From: Synechococcus sp. A15-28
GTDB taxonomy: Bacteria; Cyanobacteriota; Cyanobacteriia; PCC-6307; Cyanobiaceae
Length of the DNA stretch: 32,000 nucleotides
Direction: 5' to 3'
Assembly: GCF_014280175.1 (NCBI RefSeq)
Contig: NZ_CP047931.1
Coordinates: 750,001 to 782,000 of the forward strand
In this document: one piece after another, positions 1-10,500 of the stretch
Layout of the letters: every line of letters begins with the position of its first letter
How positions within the stretch are numbered: the stretch's first letter is position 1
Notes under the pieces: generated by a model
Seen by the model: the letters and a program-made list of their open reading frames with translations, nothing else
What the model was told of the DNA's origin: nothing
Databases searched by the model: none
Program-made: the position numbers and the translations under genes

Positions 1-489
1 CAGCATCGGGTCGGGCGGCCAGCGGCGTGTGGCAGGTATTTCGCTTCGCAGCCAGACCGGCTCCAGCGGTGAGATCAATTCGATCCAGATCTGCTGCCCC
101 CCCTGCTGAATGCCTGCCGTCCCGCCGGAGGTTGCCGGCAGCAGCATCGGGCAGTGGGAGAGCCGTGAGCAGAGCTCCTGTCGCAACTCCCTCCGTCGGT
201 GATCATTGGGAAGCGCCTTCTGCTCCGATCCTGGGGGCTGTCCGGCGATGACCAGATCCAACCCTGTGAACTCCTTGATCAGAGACGGTGGGTAACGCTC
301 AAGGGTGAGCTCCGTCAGGCGGATGTTGAGTGCAAGATCCCGGCCCAGTTGCAAGGTCTGGAGTCGGTTCAGTTCCCGTCCGAACAGCAGCTGCATCAGC
401 ATGAGACAGAGCAACCAGCTGCCAAGCAGCACGGAGCTCCAGGCGCTGATCTGAAGCATCAGCGGTCTCAACGAGACAAAACGGGACAT
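1..489 (-). CDS. N-terminal part of a membrane sensor histidine kinase (truncated by the window edge)
   Basis: Open minus frame from ATG at 489 to base 1: MSRFVSLRPLMLQISAWSSVLLGSWLLCLMLMQLLFGRELNRLQTLQLGRDLALNIRLTELTLERYPPSLIKEF... with an N-terminal TM segment. It directly follows and overlaps the stop of the response regulator (ATG 489-487, TGA 493-491). Kinase domain is outside the window, so the kinase call rests on architecture and gene context. Absent from the ORF track because it runs off the edge. Confidence 0.7.
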   Translation of the reverse strand, partial: MSRFVSLRPLMLQISAWSSVLLGSWLLCLMLMQLLFGRELNRLQTLQLGRDLALNIRLTELTLERYPPSLIKEFTGLDLVIAGQPPGSEQKALPNDHRRRELRQELCSRLSHCPMLLPATSGGTAGIQQGGQQIWIELISPLEPVWLRSEIPATRRWPPDPML

Positions 490-490
490 C

Positions 491-1225
491 TCAGCGAGAG
501 CGGGGGGTTCCGTCCGGCACGAAGACGTAGCCATAGCCCCAGACCGTCTGGATGTAGCGGGGACGGGAGGGATCGGGTTCCACCAGCTTTCGAACTCTAG
601 ACACCTGCACATCCATGCTCCGGCTGTCGGTGTCACTGCCGGGGCCCCGGGCCAGCTCGATCAAACGCTCCCTGGACAGAGGCCGGTGGGGGTGCTGAAC
701 AAAGGCCGCCAGCAGGCTGAATTCACCGCTGGTGATCATTTCCGTGCTGCCGCCTTTCATCAACGTTCGGGCGGACAGGTCCAGGACGGTTTCGCCAAAA
801 CTCACCTGTTCTCCACCCTGAACAGGCGTTCCCGCTGTTACGGCCATGCGCCGCCGTAGCACCGCATCGATTCGCGCGGTCAGTTCCCGCGGCAGAAAGG
901 GCTTGCCCAGGTAGTCATCGGCGCCCTGCTCCAAGCCGATGATGCGATCCACCGCCTCCCCACGCGCCGTCAGCATCACCACGGGCAGGTCATCGCCGGC
1001 ATCCCGGAGTCGCCGCAGTGCCGTCAGGCCATCGTCGCCGGGGAGCATCACGTCCAGAACAAGGAGGTCCGGTCGCTGACATTCCAGACGCGCCTCCAAC
1101 TGCTTGACATCGCAAAGGCAGCGAACGTCGTACCCCTGATCGATCAGATAAGTCCCCACCATCTTGCGCAGCTCCGGGTCGTCATCCACCACCCAGACCA
1201 TCGACGTCTTTGACATGCGTGGCAT
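491..1225 (-). CDS. Two-component response regulator, OmpR/PhoB family (receiver + winged helix)
   Basis: VWVVDDDPELRKMVGTYL, DLLVLDVMLPGDDGLTALRRLR, PVVMLTARGEAVDRIIGLEQGADDYLGKPF, C-terminal RERLIELARG...DSRSMDVQVSRVRKLVEPDPSRPRYIQTVWGYGYVF. Start may be an internal Met. Confidence 0.95.
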   Translation of the reverse strand: MPRMSKTSMVWVVDDDPELRKMVGTYLIDQGYDVRCLCDVKQLEARLECQRPDLLVLDVMLPGDDGLTALRRLRDAGDDLPVVMLTARGEAVDRIIGLEQGADDYLGKPFLPRELTARIDAVLRRRMAVTAGTPVQGGEQVSFGETVLDLSARTLMKGGSTEMITSGEFSLLAAFVQHPHRPLSRERLIELARGPGSDTDSRSMDVQVSRVRKLVEPDPSRPRYIQTVWGYGYVFVPDGTPRSR

Positions 1226-1353
1226 CGTCTCTCTGAACGGTATGAATCCCTCTTGGTTGTGTCTTGCTCCAGGCGTATCCAGTCACAGCTTCAAGGGCGA
1301 TAGACATGCCTGAGTCATCGGCAACGTCTCCAAAGCTTCATAGGCTGAGATCC

Positions 1354-1809
1354 ATGAAGCTCCCTGTTCTCATCGCTGGTGCAGCGTTGAATCTGTTGCT
1401 GGTCCCTGGGGTGGCCTGGCCCGACCAGGGGGCGATGCGGGCTTACAACCAGCGTATGGAGTCGTTGTTTCTGCGGCTGGATTCCAATGGCAACGGCAGG
1501 CTTGAGCGTCAGGAGCTGGATGGCCGTCCAGCCCTGCAGCGCCAGCTGAAACGTAAGGCGGGACGACATTTTTTGCTGCTGGAGGACGTACGAACCCGGC
1601 GGGGCACCGTGCGTGGACAACGGCTGACGCATCGCTTTCGAAAAGCGGATCTCAATTCAGATCGTCGGCTCAACCTTCAGGAGGCCTCACGTCTGCCCTG
1701 GGTTGAACGCCACTTCAACGGACTGGATCGCAACCGCGACGCCCATGTGACCCTGGAGGAACTCTGGGACCTGCAGCGAGCCCTCGCTCCCCGTCAACGT
1801 CGTCCCTGA
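1354..1809 (+). CDS. Secreted/periplasmic EF-hand calcium-binding protein
   Basis: Signal-peptide-like MKLPVLIAGAALNLLLVPGVAWP and three EF-hand-like loops: DSNGNGRLERQE, DLNSDRRLNLQE, DRNRDAHVTLEE. The track ORF begins at 1264; Met at 1354 gives the signal peptide. Confidence 0.75.
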   Translation: MKLPVLIAGAALNLLLVPGVAWPDQGAMRAYNQRMESLFLRLDSNGNGRLERQELDGRPALQRQLKRKAGRHFLLLEDVRTRRGTVRGQRLTHRFRKADLNSDRRLNLQEASRLPWVERHFNGLDRNRDAHVTLEELWDLQRALAPRQRRP

Positions 1810-2165
1810 TGCGGAGGAGGAAAGAACAGCAATTTCAGAAGTCTGAGCATTCGCCAGAGGCCAGCGATCATCAGCACCCCGGCGAGCATCACCAAAGCGG
1901 CGATGAGCACGACTCCCCCGAGCCCCAACATGGCGCTGAGCAGGAGTTGGATGCCACTGATCAGGTCAGAGATCGCTTCGCTGACCAGCAGCATCAGGTC
2001 CACTTGCTCGGGCCATCGCTGCAGCAGAACAACGATTCCGATGCCGCCAGCGAGCAACAGCAAGATCACAATCAGCTGTCGAATCACCATCCCCACAGGA
2101 AGACGGCGTTTTCGACGGAACACGCTTCGCTGACTGCGTTGGGGAGGACGGCTGAGTTTGGTCAT
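1794..2165 (-). CDS. Small membrane protein, unknown function (two hydrophobic segments)
   Basis: VIRQLIVILLLLAGGIGIVVLLQRW and LGLGGVVLIAALVMLAGVLMIAGLWRMLRLLKLLFF. ATGA overlap with the upstream ORF. Confidence 0.6.
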   Translation of the reverse strand: MTKLSRPPQRSQRSVFRRKRRLPVGMVIRQLIVILLLLAGGIGIVVLLQRWPEQVDLMLLVSEAISDLISGIQLLLSAMLGLGGVVLIAALVMLAGVLMIAGLWRMLRLLKLLFFPPPHQGRR

Positions 2166-2407
2166 GGAACAAGGGTGTAACCAGCACCCCTCATCCAGCG
2201 CTCGAACTCGACCAGCACCAACTCATTCGGACAGTCAATCAAGGTGAGATTGCCAACGGTGCAGTCTCCATAGCCGCTGTGGTGAAGGGTGATGTGATAG
2301 CCCGAACCACTCAGACCGCAGACTTCTGGATCACTGCGAACCACCACGTCGAGGGAAGCTCCGATGCGGGCGACACGTCGCCTCAAGTCGGACCAGCTGG
2401 CGCCCAT
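2162..2407 (-). CDS. Hypothetical protein
   Basis: MGASWSDLRRRVARIGASLDVVVRSDPEVCGLSGSGYHITLHHSGYGDCTVGNLTLIDCPNELVLVEFERWMRGAGYTLVP. Met at 2407 avoids the overlap with DUF4335; the track ORF extends to 2458. Confidence 0.6.
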   Translation of the reverse strand: MGASWSDLRRRVARIGASLDVVVRSDPEVCGLSGSGYHITLHHSGYGDCTVGNLTLIDCPNELVLVEFERWMRGAGYTLVP

Positions 2408-2420
2408 ATCCCGGTTCAGA

Positions 2421-3038
2421 TCACTTCGTATCGTTGACGATTCTGGACCCTGTTTCATTCACGTCAACGCTGTTGGTTGTTCCTGGCCGTGGCGGCAGCG
2501 GCAGGAACAGGGCGAGGGCGGCGGACAGGCTCAGCACCAGGCCCCCAAGGGCAGCCGGCCCCAATCGACGTTGAAGAGGGATCCGCTCCACCAGCTCGCG
2601 GCGTGCCAGCGGTTGATCTTCTGGAAAGGTCCATTGCAGTTTGACCTTTTCATCGAGTCGTAGTCGATCAAGACAGCGCACCAGATCAGCTAGATCCGCA
2701 TCATCCAGGAGAAGTTGCAGGGGCTGGACCCCCTCGCGACTGCTGCGCAGCTGAAGCTGGTGTTTGCCGTTCACAGCCTCAATGCCGACAAAGCTCTGTT
2801 CGGCGCCGAATCGACCACCCACGCCGGAGAGCTGGTGTCGGGCATAGGGCATCACCGCAGCCATCATTGCTTCAAGGTGGTCGCGGGTGCCCTCGAGCTC
2901 CGGCGCACCCACCAGTTGAAGCTTCCAGGCCGAGAGGATGCCGATGGTGTCACCGTCCTGTCCAGCGGATAGATCCGGATACCCCTCCACCACGAGGCGA
3001 GCTGCTGTCTGTTCGTAACGGTGAACGGTTTTGAGCAT
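2421..3038 (-). CDS. DUF4335-like cyanobacterial protein with C-terminal TM segment
   Basis: MLKTVHRYEQTAARLVVEGYPDLSAGQDGDTIGILSAWKLQLVGAPELEGTRDHLEAMM...; sits directly downstream of a DUF3038 gene, the usual pairing. Confidence 0.7.
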   Translation of the reverse strand: MLKTVHRYEQTAARLVVEGYPDLSAGQDGDTIGILSAWKLQLVGAPELEGTRDHLEAMMAAVMPYARHQLSGVGGRFGAEQSFVGIEAVNGKHQLQLRSSREGVQPLQLLLDDADLADLVRCLDRLRLDEKVKLQWTFPEDQPLARRELVERIPLQRRLGPAALGGLVLSLSAALALFLPLPPRPGTTNSVDVNETGSRIVNDTK

Positions 3039-3044
3039 GGCTGT

Positions 3045-3581
3045 TCAGGGGGTGGGATCCAACAGGAAGGCCCGAAGCCGGTCGACGCCGCCATGTCCGG
3101 CCACCAGGGCCAGGGTGCTGACCAGACGATGATGGGTTGGTGCATTGCTCGCTGGATCGAGCAGACGCATGACGGCACCGCGTCGGAGATTCATGCGCTC
3201 CTCGATCAGATCACCGAGTCGTTCCCGCAGGAGCTCCCATCGTTGTCGGGTCAACTGCTCAGGCTCCCGTGACGACAGAAGCTGATGCAGCATCGGATAG
3301 AGCCTTTCGGCCATGGCGCAGACCAGGGCGATCAGTGATTCCGCATCAGCGGGATCAAGCTGATCACGGCGGGTGATGCGCCGAAGGGGGTTATGGCAAC
3401 GACGCTTCCAAAGCTCGACGCGATTGGGGAATTGCGCTTGAAGCCCCAGCTGATAACTGGTCCACAGCATTGCCTCACCCCCATTCAGGTCGAGGGCCTC
3501 GGCGGTGAGGAGCAGAAGATCGAGTCGTTCAACGCCCCGTCGGCTGAGGCGCACACCACTCTGGGTTGGAGCTTCGGTCAT
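3045..3581 (-). CDS. DUF3038-like cyanobacterial protein
   Basis: [56 protein letters not shown]... Confidence 0.7.
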   Translation of the reverse strand: MTEAPTQSGVRLSRRGVERLDLLLLTAEALDLNGGEAMLWTSYQLGLQAQFPNRVELWKRRCHNPLRRITRRDQLDPADAESLIALVCAMAERLYPMLHQLLSSREPEQLTRQRWELLRERLGDLIEERMNLRRGAVMRLLDPASNAPTHHRLVSTLALVAGHGGVDRLRAFLLDPTP

Positions 3582-3591
3582 GGCTGCGATG

Positions 3592-4143
3592 ATGCCAGGG
3601 GTTGAGCCCTTTCGTCAGCAGTCCTTGGATTTACAGACCACCATCCGGTCGATTCCGGACTTCCCCAAGCCGGGAATCCTGTTTCGGGACATCAGCCCCA
3701 TGCTGCGAAATCCCGCCGCGATGAATGAGGTGATGCGGCGTCTTGGCCAGGTCTGCGATGCGGTGCAGCCGGATCTCATTGTGGGCATTGAATCCAGAGG
3801 CTTCATCGTTGGCACGCCGCTGGCTCTGCAGCGTTCCCTCGGATTTGTTCCCGTACGCAAACCAGGAAAACTTCCCGGAGCTGTGATCGGGGTGGATTAC
3901 GCCCTGGAATACGGAAGCGATCGACTGGAAATTCAGAGCGATGCCCTCAGCGGCAAGCCGCGGGTGCTGGTTGTGGACGACCTCCTCGCCACCGGTGGAA
4001 CGGCAGCAGCGACTGGGACGTTGGTCCGCGATGCGGGCGGACAGCTGGTGGGGTTTGCCTTCGTCATCGAATTGGAGGCTCTTGGAGGGCGTTCTGCCCT
4101 TCCCGATGACGTCCCCGTGGAATCGTTAATCCGTTATCCCTGA
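3592..4143 (+). CDS. apt: Adenine phosphoribosyltransferase
   Basis: [78 protein letters not shown]. Start uncertain (ATG at 3580, 3589, 3592, or a downstream TTG). Confidence 0.93.
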   Translation: MPGVEPFRQQSLDLQTTIRSIPDFPKPGILFRDISPMLRNPAAMNEVMRRLGQVCDAVQPDLIVGIESRGFIVGTPLALQRSLGFVPVRKPGKLPGAVIGVDYALEYGSDRLEIQSDALSGKPRVLVVDDLLATGGTAAATGTLVRDAGGQLVGFAFVIELEALGGRSALPDDVPVESLIRYP

Positions 4144-4355
4144 TTGTCCTGCCAGTCGAGGACCTGCTGAAGCTGTTCAAGGCTGAGCAAACCGAAGCTC
4201 CAGAGCACGATGGGCAGGGGTGCCTGTTCAAGTTCTGCTTGTCTCAGTCCAAGGTTGAGGGCATTGCCGCTCAACCCAAGCCGCCCCAGAAGAAAATCCT
4301 GAAGTTGCTTCGAGGCGACGGGTTGTGGATGACTGCTGATCACCATGGCCGGCAC
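4134..4355 (-). CDS. Small conserved cyanobacterial protein (DUF2949-like)
   Basis: [55 protein letters not shown]. Confidence 0.6.
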   Translation of the reverse strand: MPAMVISSHPQPVASKQLQDFLLGRLGLSGNALNLGLRQAELEQAPLPIVLWSFGLLSLEQLQQVLDWQDNQG

Positions 4356-4366
4356 TCCCTTTCAGT

Positions 4367-5512
4367 TCAGTCTGGCCACGAGCTGAAGAATTGGGTGGGG
4401 CCGTCGCTCATGGCACGCAGGCTGATGCTGCGAAGCCAGCCGATCCTGGCCATGGCTTCAAGGCCCACCCGTCGGATGGGGAGCAGCCAGAGTTGTCGAT
4501 TGGAGAACGACCTCACCAAAAGATCGGTGGCAAGACCCACCATCAACAGATCTGGCCAGCGCCTGCGCCCGTAGCGACGGGCAAGCCCCTGAGGGGTTCC
4601 ACCCCGTTCAGCCAGGTTCATGAGTGTCGCCACATCGCGCCAGCAGAGGTTCAGCCCCTGCCCGCCGACCGGATGGCAGCGATGGCCTGCTTCGCCCAGC
4701 AGGACCCCGCGACCGCGGCTCAGACGTTTGGCCAGCAACCACTGCTGAGGAAAGGCTCGGGGACTGTCGAGCAGCAGATCCGGTTCGATTCCCCCAGGAA
4801 GCACGGTGGCCAGCTCGTCGAGAAAATCCGGCGTGGAGAGATCAGCGCGACGCTGGCAGCGGCTCCAGGGGGCGCTCCAAACCACCTGGAAGATGCCATC
4901 ACCAAGGGGCAGGATCGCCAGGGGTCCCTCGGGTCGAAATAATTCATAAGCCATGCCGGGCGACACACCTCTGAGGGCGACCTTTGAGGTGAGACATCCC
5001 TGGCGATAACGGTGCTGCAAGCAACGAATCCCCCACTGGGACCTCGTTGTGGATCGGGGACCATCAGCCGCCACGATCAGTGCATCCGGTTCAGGCTGGG
5101 GAGCTGCAGAGCCAAGAACCATCTCAACGCTGTGATGGTCCTGAAGACGATCCAGAAGAAGCTCCATCAAGGGGCGATGGTCGAGGATCCAGCCAATGGC
5201 CTCAGCTCGACGATTGGAAGGATGGAGGTCGTCCAGGTCGAACATCACGCGTCCGCCGCTCGCTGAATCGCGCAGATCGAGAGAACGGAAGGGAATCAAG
5301 CTCTCTTGAAGGCCGTCCCAGACCTTCAGGTCCCGCAACAGGCGGCGACTGGAATGAGTGATTGCGTAGGCACGACTGCGACCCAGCAGCTCCTCACGTG
5401 ATTGAGGATCGTTGAGAACAACGCGATAACCCTTCGAGGCCAGGGCAATCGCCGCAAGGGAACCGGTCGGACCGGCTCCCAGGATGTGGACGGAACTGGA
5501 GAACGTGGCCAT
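4367..5512 (-). CDS. FAD-dependent aromatic hydroxylase, UbiH/Coq6 family
   Basis: VHILGAGPTGSLAAIALASKGYRVVLND, LIVAADGPRSTTRSQWGI, GVLLGEAGHRCHPVGGQGLNLCWRDVATL: FAD-monooxygenase motifs. Confidence 0.85.
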   Translation of the reverse strand: MATFSSSVHILGAGPTGSLAAIALASKGYRVVLNDPQSREELLGRSRAYAITHSSRRLLRDLKVWDGLQESLIPFRSLDLRDSASGGRVMFDLDDLHPSNRRAEAIGWILDHRPLMELLLDRLQDHHSVEMVLGSAAPQPEPDALIVAADGPRSTTRSQWGIRCLQHRYRQGCLTSKVALRGVSPGMAYELFRPEGPLAILPLGDGIFQVVWSAPWSRCQRRADLSTPDFLDELATVLPGGIEPDLLLDSPRAFPQQWLLAKRLSRGRGVLLGEAGHRCHPVGGQGLNLCWRDVATLMNLAERGGTPQGLARRYGRRRWPDLLMVGLATDLLVRSFSNRQLWLLPIRRVGLEAMARIGWLRSISLRAMSDGPTQFFSSWPD

Positions 5513-5549
5513 TCAATGAGTGTGGCCAGGCAGAAGCTGTGGTGTGGAT

Positions 5550-5804
5550 TCAGCCCAGACCCAGCAGACCGTGGGTGAAGGCTTCTCCACCCAGGGCGAT
5601 TTCGGTGGCCAGCAGTGCGATGAAGCCCAGCATGGCCATGCGGCCGTTGAGCTTTTCAGCACGCTCGTGGAAACCCCAACCCTGCTCGGCTTCCACCACC
5701 TGCATGCGGGGCTCGGAGGCGAAAGCGTTCAGACGACCACCATCTTCAGTGGTGACAGTGGCACCGCGGATTACCTGGGGTTCGGTGGAAGGGGTCTGAG
5801 CCAT
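5550..5804 (-). CDS. hli: High-light-inducible protein (Hli / chlorophyll a/b-binding-like)
   Basis: [42 protein letters not shown] matches the conserved ExxNGRxAMxGF helix. Confidence 0.93.
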   Translation of the reverse strand: MAQTPSTEPQVIRGATVTTEDGGRLNAFASEPRMQVVEAEQGWGFHERAEKLNGRMAMLGFIALLATEIALGGEAFTHGLLGLG

Positions 5805-5819
5805 GACTTTGTCAAGCGG

Positions 5820-5837
5820 ATTGCTACAGAGTGTAAA
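5820..5837 (-). promoter_or_regulatory. HLR1-like (RpaB-binding-type) sequence upstream of hli
   Basis: Minus strand TTTACACTCTGTAGCAAT compared with (G/T)TTACAWW-NN-(G/T)TTACAWW: two half sites, each about 6 of 8. Confidence 0.35.
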
Positions 5838-5872
5838 CCAGTTTTAAGAAATGTTCTTGCCGCTGGTCTGTG

Positions 5873-6529
5873 TCAGCCCCTCCGCCCGAGACGTCGCTGG
5901 CACAGTTCCTCGAAAGCAGGGCGCAGCAGAAACGGGTACTCGCCGGCCCACATCCGCAACCCCGGCATCCAGGCATCGCTGAAGGCGCTGATCCGGGAAA
6001 AGTCCTTGCGGTCACTGAGAACCAGGCAGCGAATCAGCGTTCCCCGCCGAATCGACTGATGTCGTTTTTCCTTGGGGAAAGCCAGACGCCCCAGGTAACC
6101 GTCCTCGTCTTCGAGCTCCAGCAGCACCCAGCTGCGTCGGTTCTCCACCAGCTCCAGCTGTCCACGACTGTCGGCCTGCTCGTGACGACCTTCAACACGT
6201 TCACGGGTGCTCACATCCGTCACCTCGCCTTCGAACAGAGCTGCCGCTGGGTAGCGGCGCAGTGCGGCGTTGCGCTGGCCGGCCTCAACGATGGGTCCCC
6301 ACAGGATGTAGAGAAAAAACGCCACGCTGATCACCAGCCAGATGGGGCCCCAGCGGCTGCCGAGCTGAGCCTGGTTGTAAATCAGAAATGTGATCACTCC
6401 ACCGATGGCCGCGATCATCAATCGCTGCAGGATCTGTGGTGGTGATCCGAGAGAGGCTCGAAACTGATTGCCGGTGGCCACAGCTGGAATCAACCGCTGA
6501 AGCTCTCCGGGTTTGAGGGGGATCAGCAT
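5873..6529 (-). CDS. Conserved cyanobacterial membrane protein, unknown function
   Basis: 657-bp ORF with hydrophobic segments MIAAIGGVITFLIYNQ and WGPIWLVISVAFFLYILWGP; 12 nt downstream of dapB. Confidence 0.7.
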   Translation of the reverse strand: MLIPLKPGELQRLIPAVATGNQFRASLGSPPQILQRLMIAAIGGVITFLIYNQAQLGSRWGPIWLVISVAFFLYILWGPIVEAGQRNAALRRYPAAALFEGEVTDVSTRERVEGRHEQADSRGQLELVENRRSWVLLELEDEDGYLGRLAFPKEKRHQSIRRGTLIRCLVLSDRKDFSRISAFSDAWMPGLRMWAGEYPFLLRPAFEELCQRRLGRRG

Positions 6530-6541
6530 GAAGAGGAGCGG

Positions 6542-7375
6542 TCAGATCAGGCGTTCAAGGCCGTAAACCAAGGCCTCGAGTGAACGCACCTTGCGCACCG
6601 TGAGCAGCACACCCGGCATGTAAGCGGAACGATCAATTGTGTCGTGGCGCAGGGTGTAAGTCTCACCCGCTGCACCGAACATCACCCTCTGGTGAGCCAC
6701 AAGGCCAGGTAACCGCAGGGAATGCAGCCGCAGCCCGCTCTCGCGACGACCGCCTCGGGATCCCTCCAGGGATTCATGTTCATCCACTTCAGAAGGATTG
6801 AAGCTCTTGCCGAGTTCCTCCATCAGTTCAGCGGTTTTGATGCAGGTGCCACTGGGTGCATCGGCTTTGCGGTTGTGATGCAGTTCGGTGAGCTCTGCAT
6901 GGTCGTAAAAGCGTGCTGCTGCAGCTGCTGCCTGCTGCAGCAGCACCATGCCCACGGAAAAGTTCGGAATCACGGCGCCGCCGATCGATGCCTTGGCAGA
7001 GAACTGGGTCAGATCACTGAGCTGTTCCGGGGAGAGGCCTGTGGTGCCGATCACCGGATGCACGCCGTAGGCGATGGCCGCCCGGGTGTGCTCGTAAACA
7101 ACAGATGGATGTGTGAAATCCACCAGCACCGCGCCGGCTTGCGCATCCCTTGCCGACTGGCTCACCGCGCAGAGGCAGCCTTCGAAATCGGCCGTGATCG
7201 CCACCTCCAGCTCCCCCAGACCCAGCTCGAGTCCGACATCACATCCCTCTTTGCCCGGGGTGTTGTCAACGGCCCCAACCAGGGTGCAGTCCGTGGCACC
7301 GACCACGGCCTTGATCACTTCGGCGCCCATGCGGCCGAGGGCACCAGCCACCACAACGGGAATGGATGTGGTCAT
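6542..7375 (-). CDS. dapB: 4-hydroxy-tetrahydrodipicolinate reductase
   Basis: [68 protein letters not shown]. Met at 7375 fits the Rossmann start; the track ORF starts at 7552. Confidence 0.93.
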   Translation of the reverse strand: MTTSIPVVVAGALGRMGAEVIKAVVGATDCTLVGAVDNTPGKEGCDVGLELGLGELEVAITADFEGCLCAVSQSARDAQAGAVLVDFTHPSVVYEHTRAAIAYGVHPVIGTTGLSPEQLSDLTQFSAKASIGGAVIPNFSVGMVLLQQAAAAAARFYDHAELTELHHNRKADAPSGTCIKTAELMEELGKSFNPSEVDEHESLEGSRGGRRESGLRLHSLRLPGLVAHQRVMFGAAGETYTLRHDTIDRSAYMPGVLLTVRKVRSLEALVYGLERLI

Positions 7376-7561
7376 CGAAGCGCTGCAGATCCCCCAAAGC
7401 CTATGGGTCGGCTCGTGTAACTCCAGTTCTGAAATCTTCGCGCCGTCGCGGCAGGTCGCCGTAAGGTTCTTCACATTGCTCAAGACGCGCAGATGTTCAC
7501 ACAGGTCCGCTCCGCCGATCGCCGCGTTGCTCCTGTGGAGGGTCAGAACCACAAATCCGTG

Positions 7562-10500
7562 ATGAAGGCGGTGTATGTGGTGCTGGAGCCCCAGTACCAG
7601 AACGCCCTCACCCAGGCGGCCACGGCTCTGAATGTCTCAGGCGGTGATCTGGGGATTGAACTGAGCGGTTATCTGATCGAAGAACTGCGAGATGAGGAGA
7701 ATTACGCCGGATTCTGTGCCGACGTGGCCCAGGCCGACGTGTTCGTTGCATCGTTGATTTTCATCGAAGATCTGGCACAGAAAGTGGTGGATGCGGTGGC
7801 CCCCCATCGCGACCGCCTCAAGGCTGCAGTGGTGTTCCCCTCCATGCCGGAGGTGATGCGTCTGAACAAGCTCGGCAGTTTCTCCATGGCTCAGTTGGGC
7901 CAGAGCAAGAGTGCGATCGCCGGCTTCATGAAGAAGCGGAAGGAGGCTGGCGGCGCTGGCTTCCAGGACGCCATGTTGAAGCTGCTGAACACGCTTCCCA
8001 CCGTCCTCAAGTACCTGCCCGTGGAGAAGGCGCAGGATGCGCGCAGCTTCATGCTGAGCTTCCAGTACTGGCTCGGAGGGACGCCGGAAAACCTCCGGAA
8101 CTTCCTGCTGATGCTGGCTGACAAGTACGTCTTCCCTCCTGCGGAAGGTGAGGAACGTCCTGCGATGAACGTCGCCGAGCCCGAGGTCTTCCCTGATCTG
8201 GGGATCTGGCACCCCTTGGCTCCGACGATGTTCGAGGACCTCAAGGAGTACCTCAACTGGACCTCCAGCCGGACTGACCTTTCGGAGAAGGCCCGCAAGG
8301 GACCCGTGATCGGTCTGGTGCTGCAGCGCAGCCACATCGTCACCGGTGATGACGCGCACTACGTGGCCACGGTGCAGGAGCTGGAGTTCCGCGGTGCCCG
8401 TGTGATTCCCATCTTCTGCGGCGGCCTGGACTTCTCCAAGCCAGTGAATGCCTTCTTCTACGACCCGCTCAATCCCGAGCAGCCCCTGGTGGACGGCATC
8501 GTGTCGCTGACGGGCTTCGCTCTGGTGGGAGGTCCGGCACGTCAGGACCACCCCAAGGCGATCGAGTCCCTGAAGAAGCTCAACCGCCCCTACATGGTGG
8601 CCTTGCCTCTCGTCTTCCAGACCACCCAGGAATGGGAGGACAGCGACCTGGGCCTCCATCCGGTTCAAGTTGCTCTGCAGATCGCCATTCCCGAGCTCGA
8701 TGGTGCGATCGAACCGATCGTGCTCTCCGGTCGTGATGACGCCACCGGCAAGGCGCACACACTGCAGGACCGCGTCGATGCCATTGCAGAGCGGGCCATC
8801 CGTTGGTCATCCCTGCGGATCAAGCCCCGCACCGATAAGAAGCTGGCGATCACCGTGTTCAGCTTCCCGCCGGATAAGGGCAACGTCGGAACGGCGGCCT
8901 ACCTGGATGTCTTCGGCTCCATCCACCGGGTGATGCAGGAGATGAAGGCGAAGGGATACGACGTTCAGGGTCTGCCCTCCACGCCCAGGGCTTTGCTGGA
9001 AGCGGTCATCAACGACGCTGATGCGATGCAGGGAGCTCCCGAGCTTTCGATTGCCCATCGCATGAGCGTTGAGGAATACGAGCGCCTGACCCCTTACTCC
9101 GAGCGCTTGGAAGAGAACTGGGGCAAGCCCCCCGGCAATCTCAACAGCGATGGTCAGAACCTGCTGGTCTTCGGTCGTCACTTCGGCAACGTCTTTGTCG
9201 GCGTTCAGCCCACCTTCGGCTACGAAGGCGACCCGATGCGCCTGCTCTACTCTCGCAGCGCCAGTCCTCATCACGGGTTTGCGGCCTATTACACCTACCT
9301 GGAGAAAATCTGGGGAGCCGATGCCGTTCTCCACTTCGGAACCCATGGGTCGCTGGAGTTCATGCCTGGAAAGCAGATGGGCATGAGTGAAACCTGTTAT
9401 CCGGATTCGTTGATCGGTTCCTTACCCAATCTCTATTACTACGCTGCTAATAACCCTTCGGAAGCCACCATCGCCAAGCGGCGTGGTTACGCCTCAACCA
9501 TCAGCTATCTCACCCCACCTGCTGAAAATGCAGGTCTTTACAAGGGTCTGAAGGAACTTGGCGAACTGGTGGGTTCTTACCAGCAGCTGCGAGAGGGAGG
9601 ACGTGGCGTTCAGATCGTCAACACGATCATCGAGACGGCACGTCAGTGCAACCTCGATAAGGACGTCGACCTTCCTGAGGAGGATGCTTCGACCCTCGAA
9701 CTGGACGGACGTGATGCCCTGGTGGGTGCCGTCTATCGCCAGTTGATGGAGATCGAAAGTCGTCTCCTGCCCTGTGGCCTTCACACCATCGGCAAGCCCC
9801 CCACAGCCGAGGAAGCTGTTGCCACCCTGGTGAACATCGCTGCACTCGAGCGTGAGGAAGATGGCCTGCGCTCGCTGCCGGGTCTCTTGGCTGAAGCGAT
9901 GGGTCGTTCCATCGAAGAGATCTACAAGGGCAATGACGAGGGTGTGCTCGCCGATGTCGAGCTCAATCGCACGATTACTGAGACGTCCAGGGCTGCCATT
10001 GGCGCCATGGTCCAGTCCCTCACCGGTCTTGATGGCCGCGTCAACATGCGTAACAGCTTCGGCTGGTTCTACGACCTGCTGGCGAAGTTCGTTCTCAAGC
10101 TTCCTTCCCCGTGGCTGCGCGCTTGCTGTGGAGCCGGTTTTGTTCAGATCGATGCCACGGAACTGGACAAGTTGTTCGCTTATCTGCGCTTCTGCCTTGA
10201 GCAGATCTGCGCGGACATGGAGATGGAGAGTCTGCTGAAGGCTCTGGATGGCGAATACATCCTTCCGGGACCTGGCGGTGACCCGATCCGTAACCCAGGG
10301 GTGCTGCCCAGCGGCAAGAACATCCACGCGCTCGATCCGCAGGCGATCCCCACGCGAGCTGCGGTTGCTGCCGCCAAGAGTGTTGTCGACAAGCTGATTG
10401 AGCGTCAGCGCGAGGAGCAGGGCACCTGGCCCGAGACCATCGCCTGTGTGCTCTGGGGTACGGACAACATCAAGACCTACGGCGAATCCCTGGCTCAGAT

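Noticed and set aside
7637-8758. Long minus-strand ORF (373 aa) antisense to chlH, and similar long antisense ORFs (14288-15202, 29705-30766)
   Set aside because: They mirror high-GC coding sequence, have low-complexity composition rich in H/Q/G/E and resemble no family I know; chlH, the ABC exporter and SulP fully explain the DNA.
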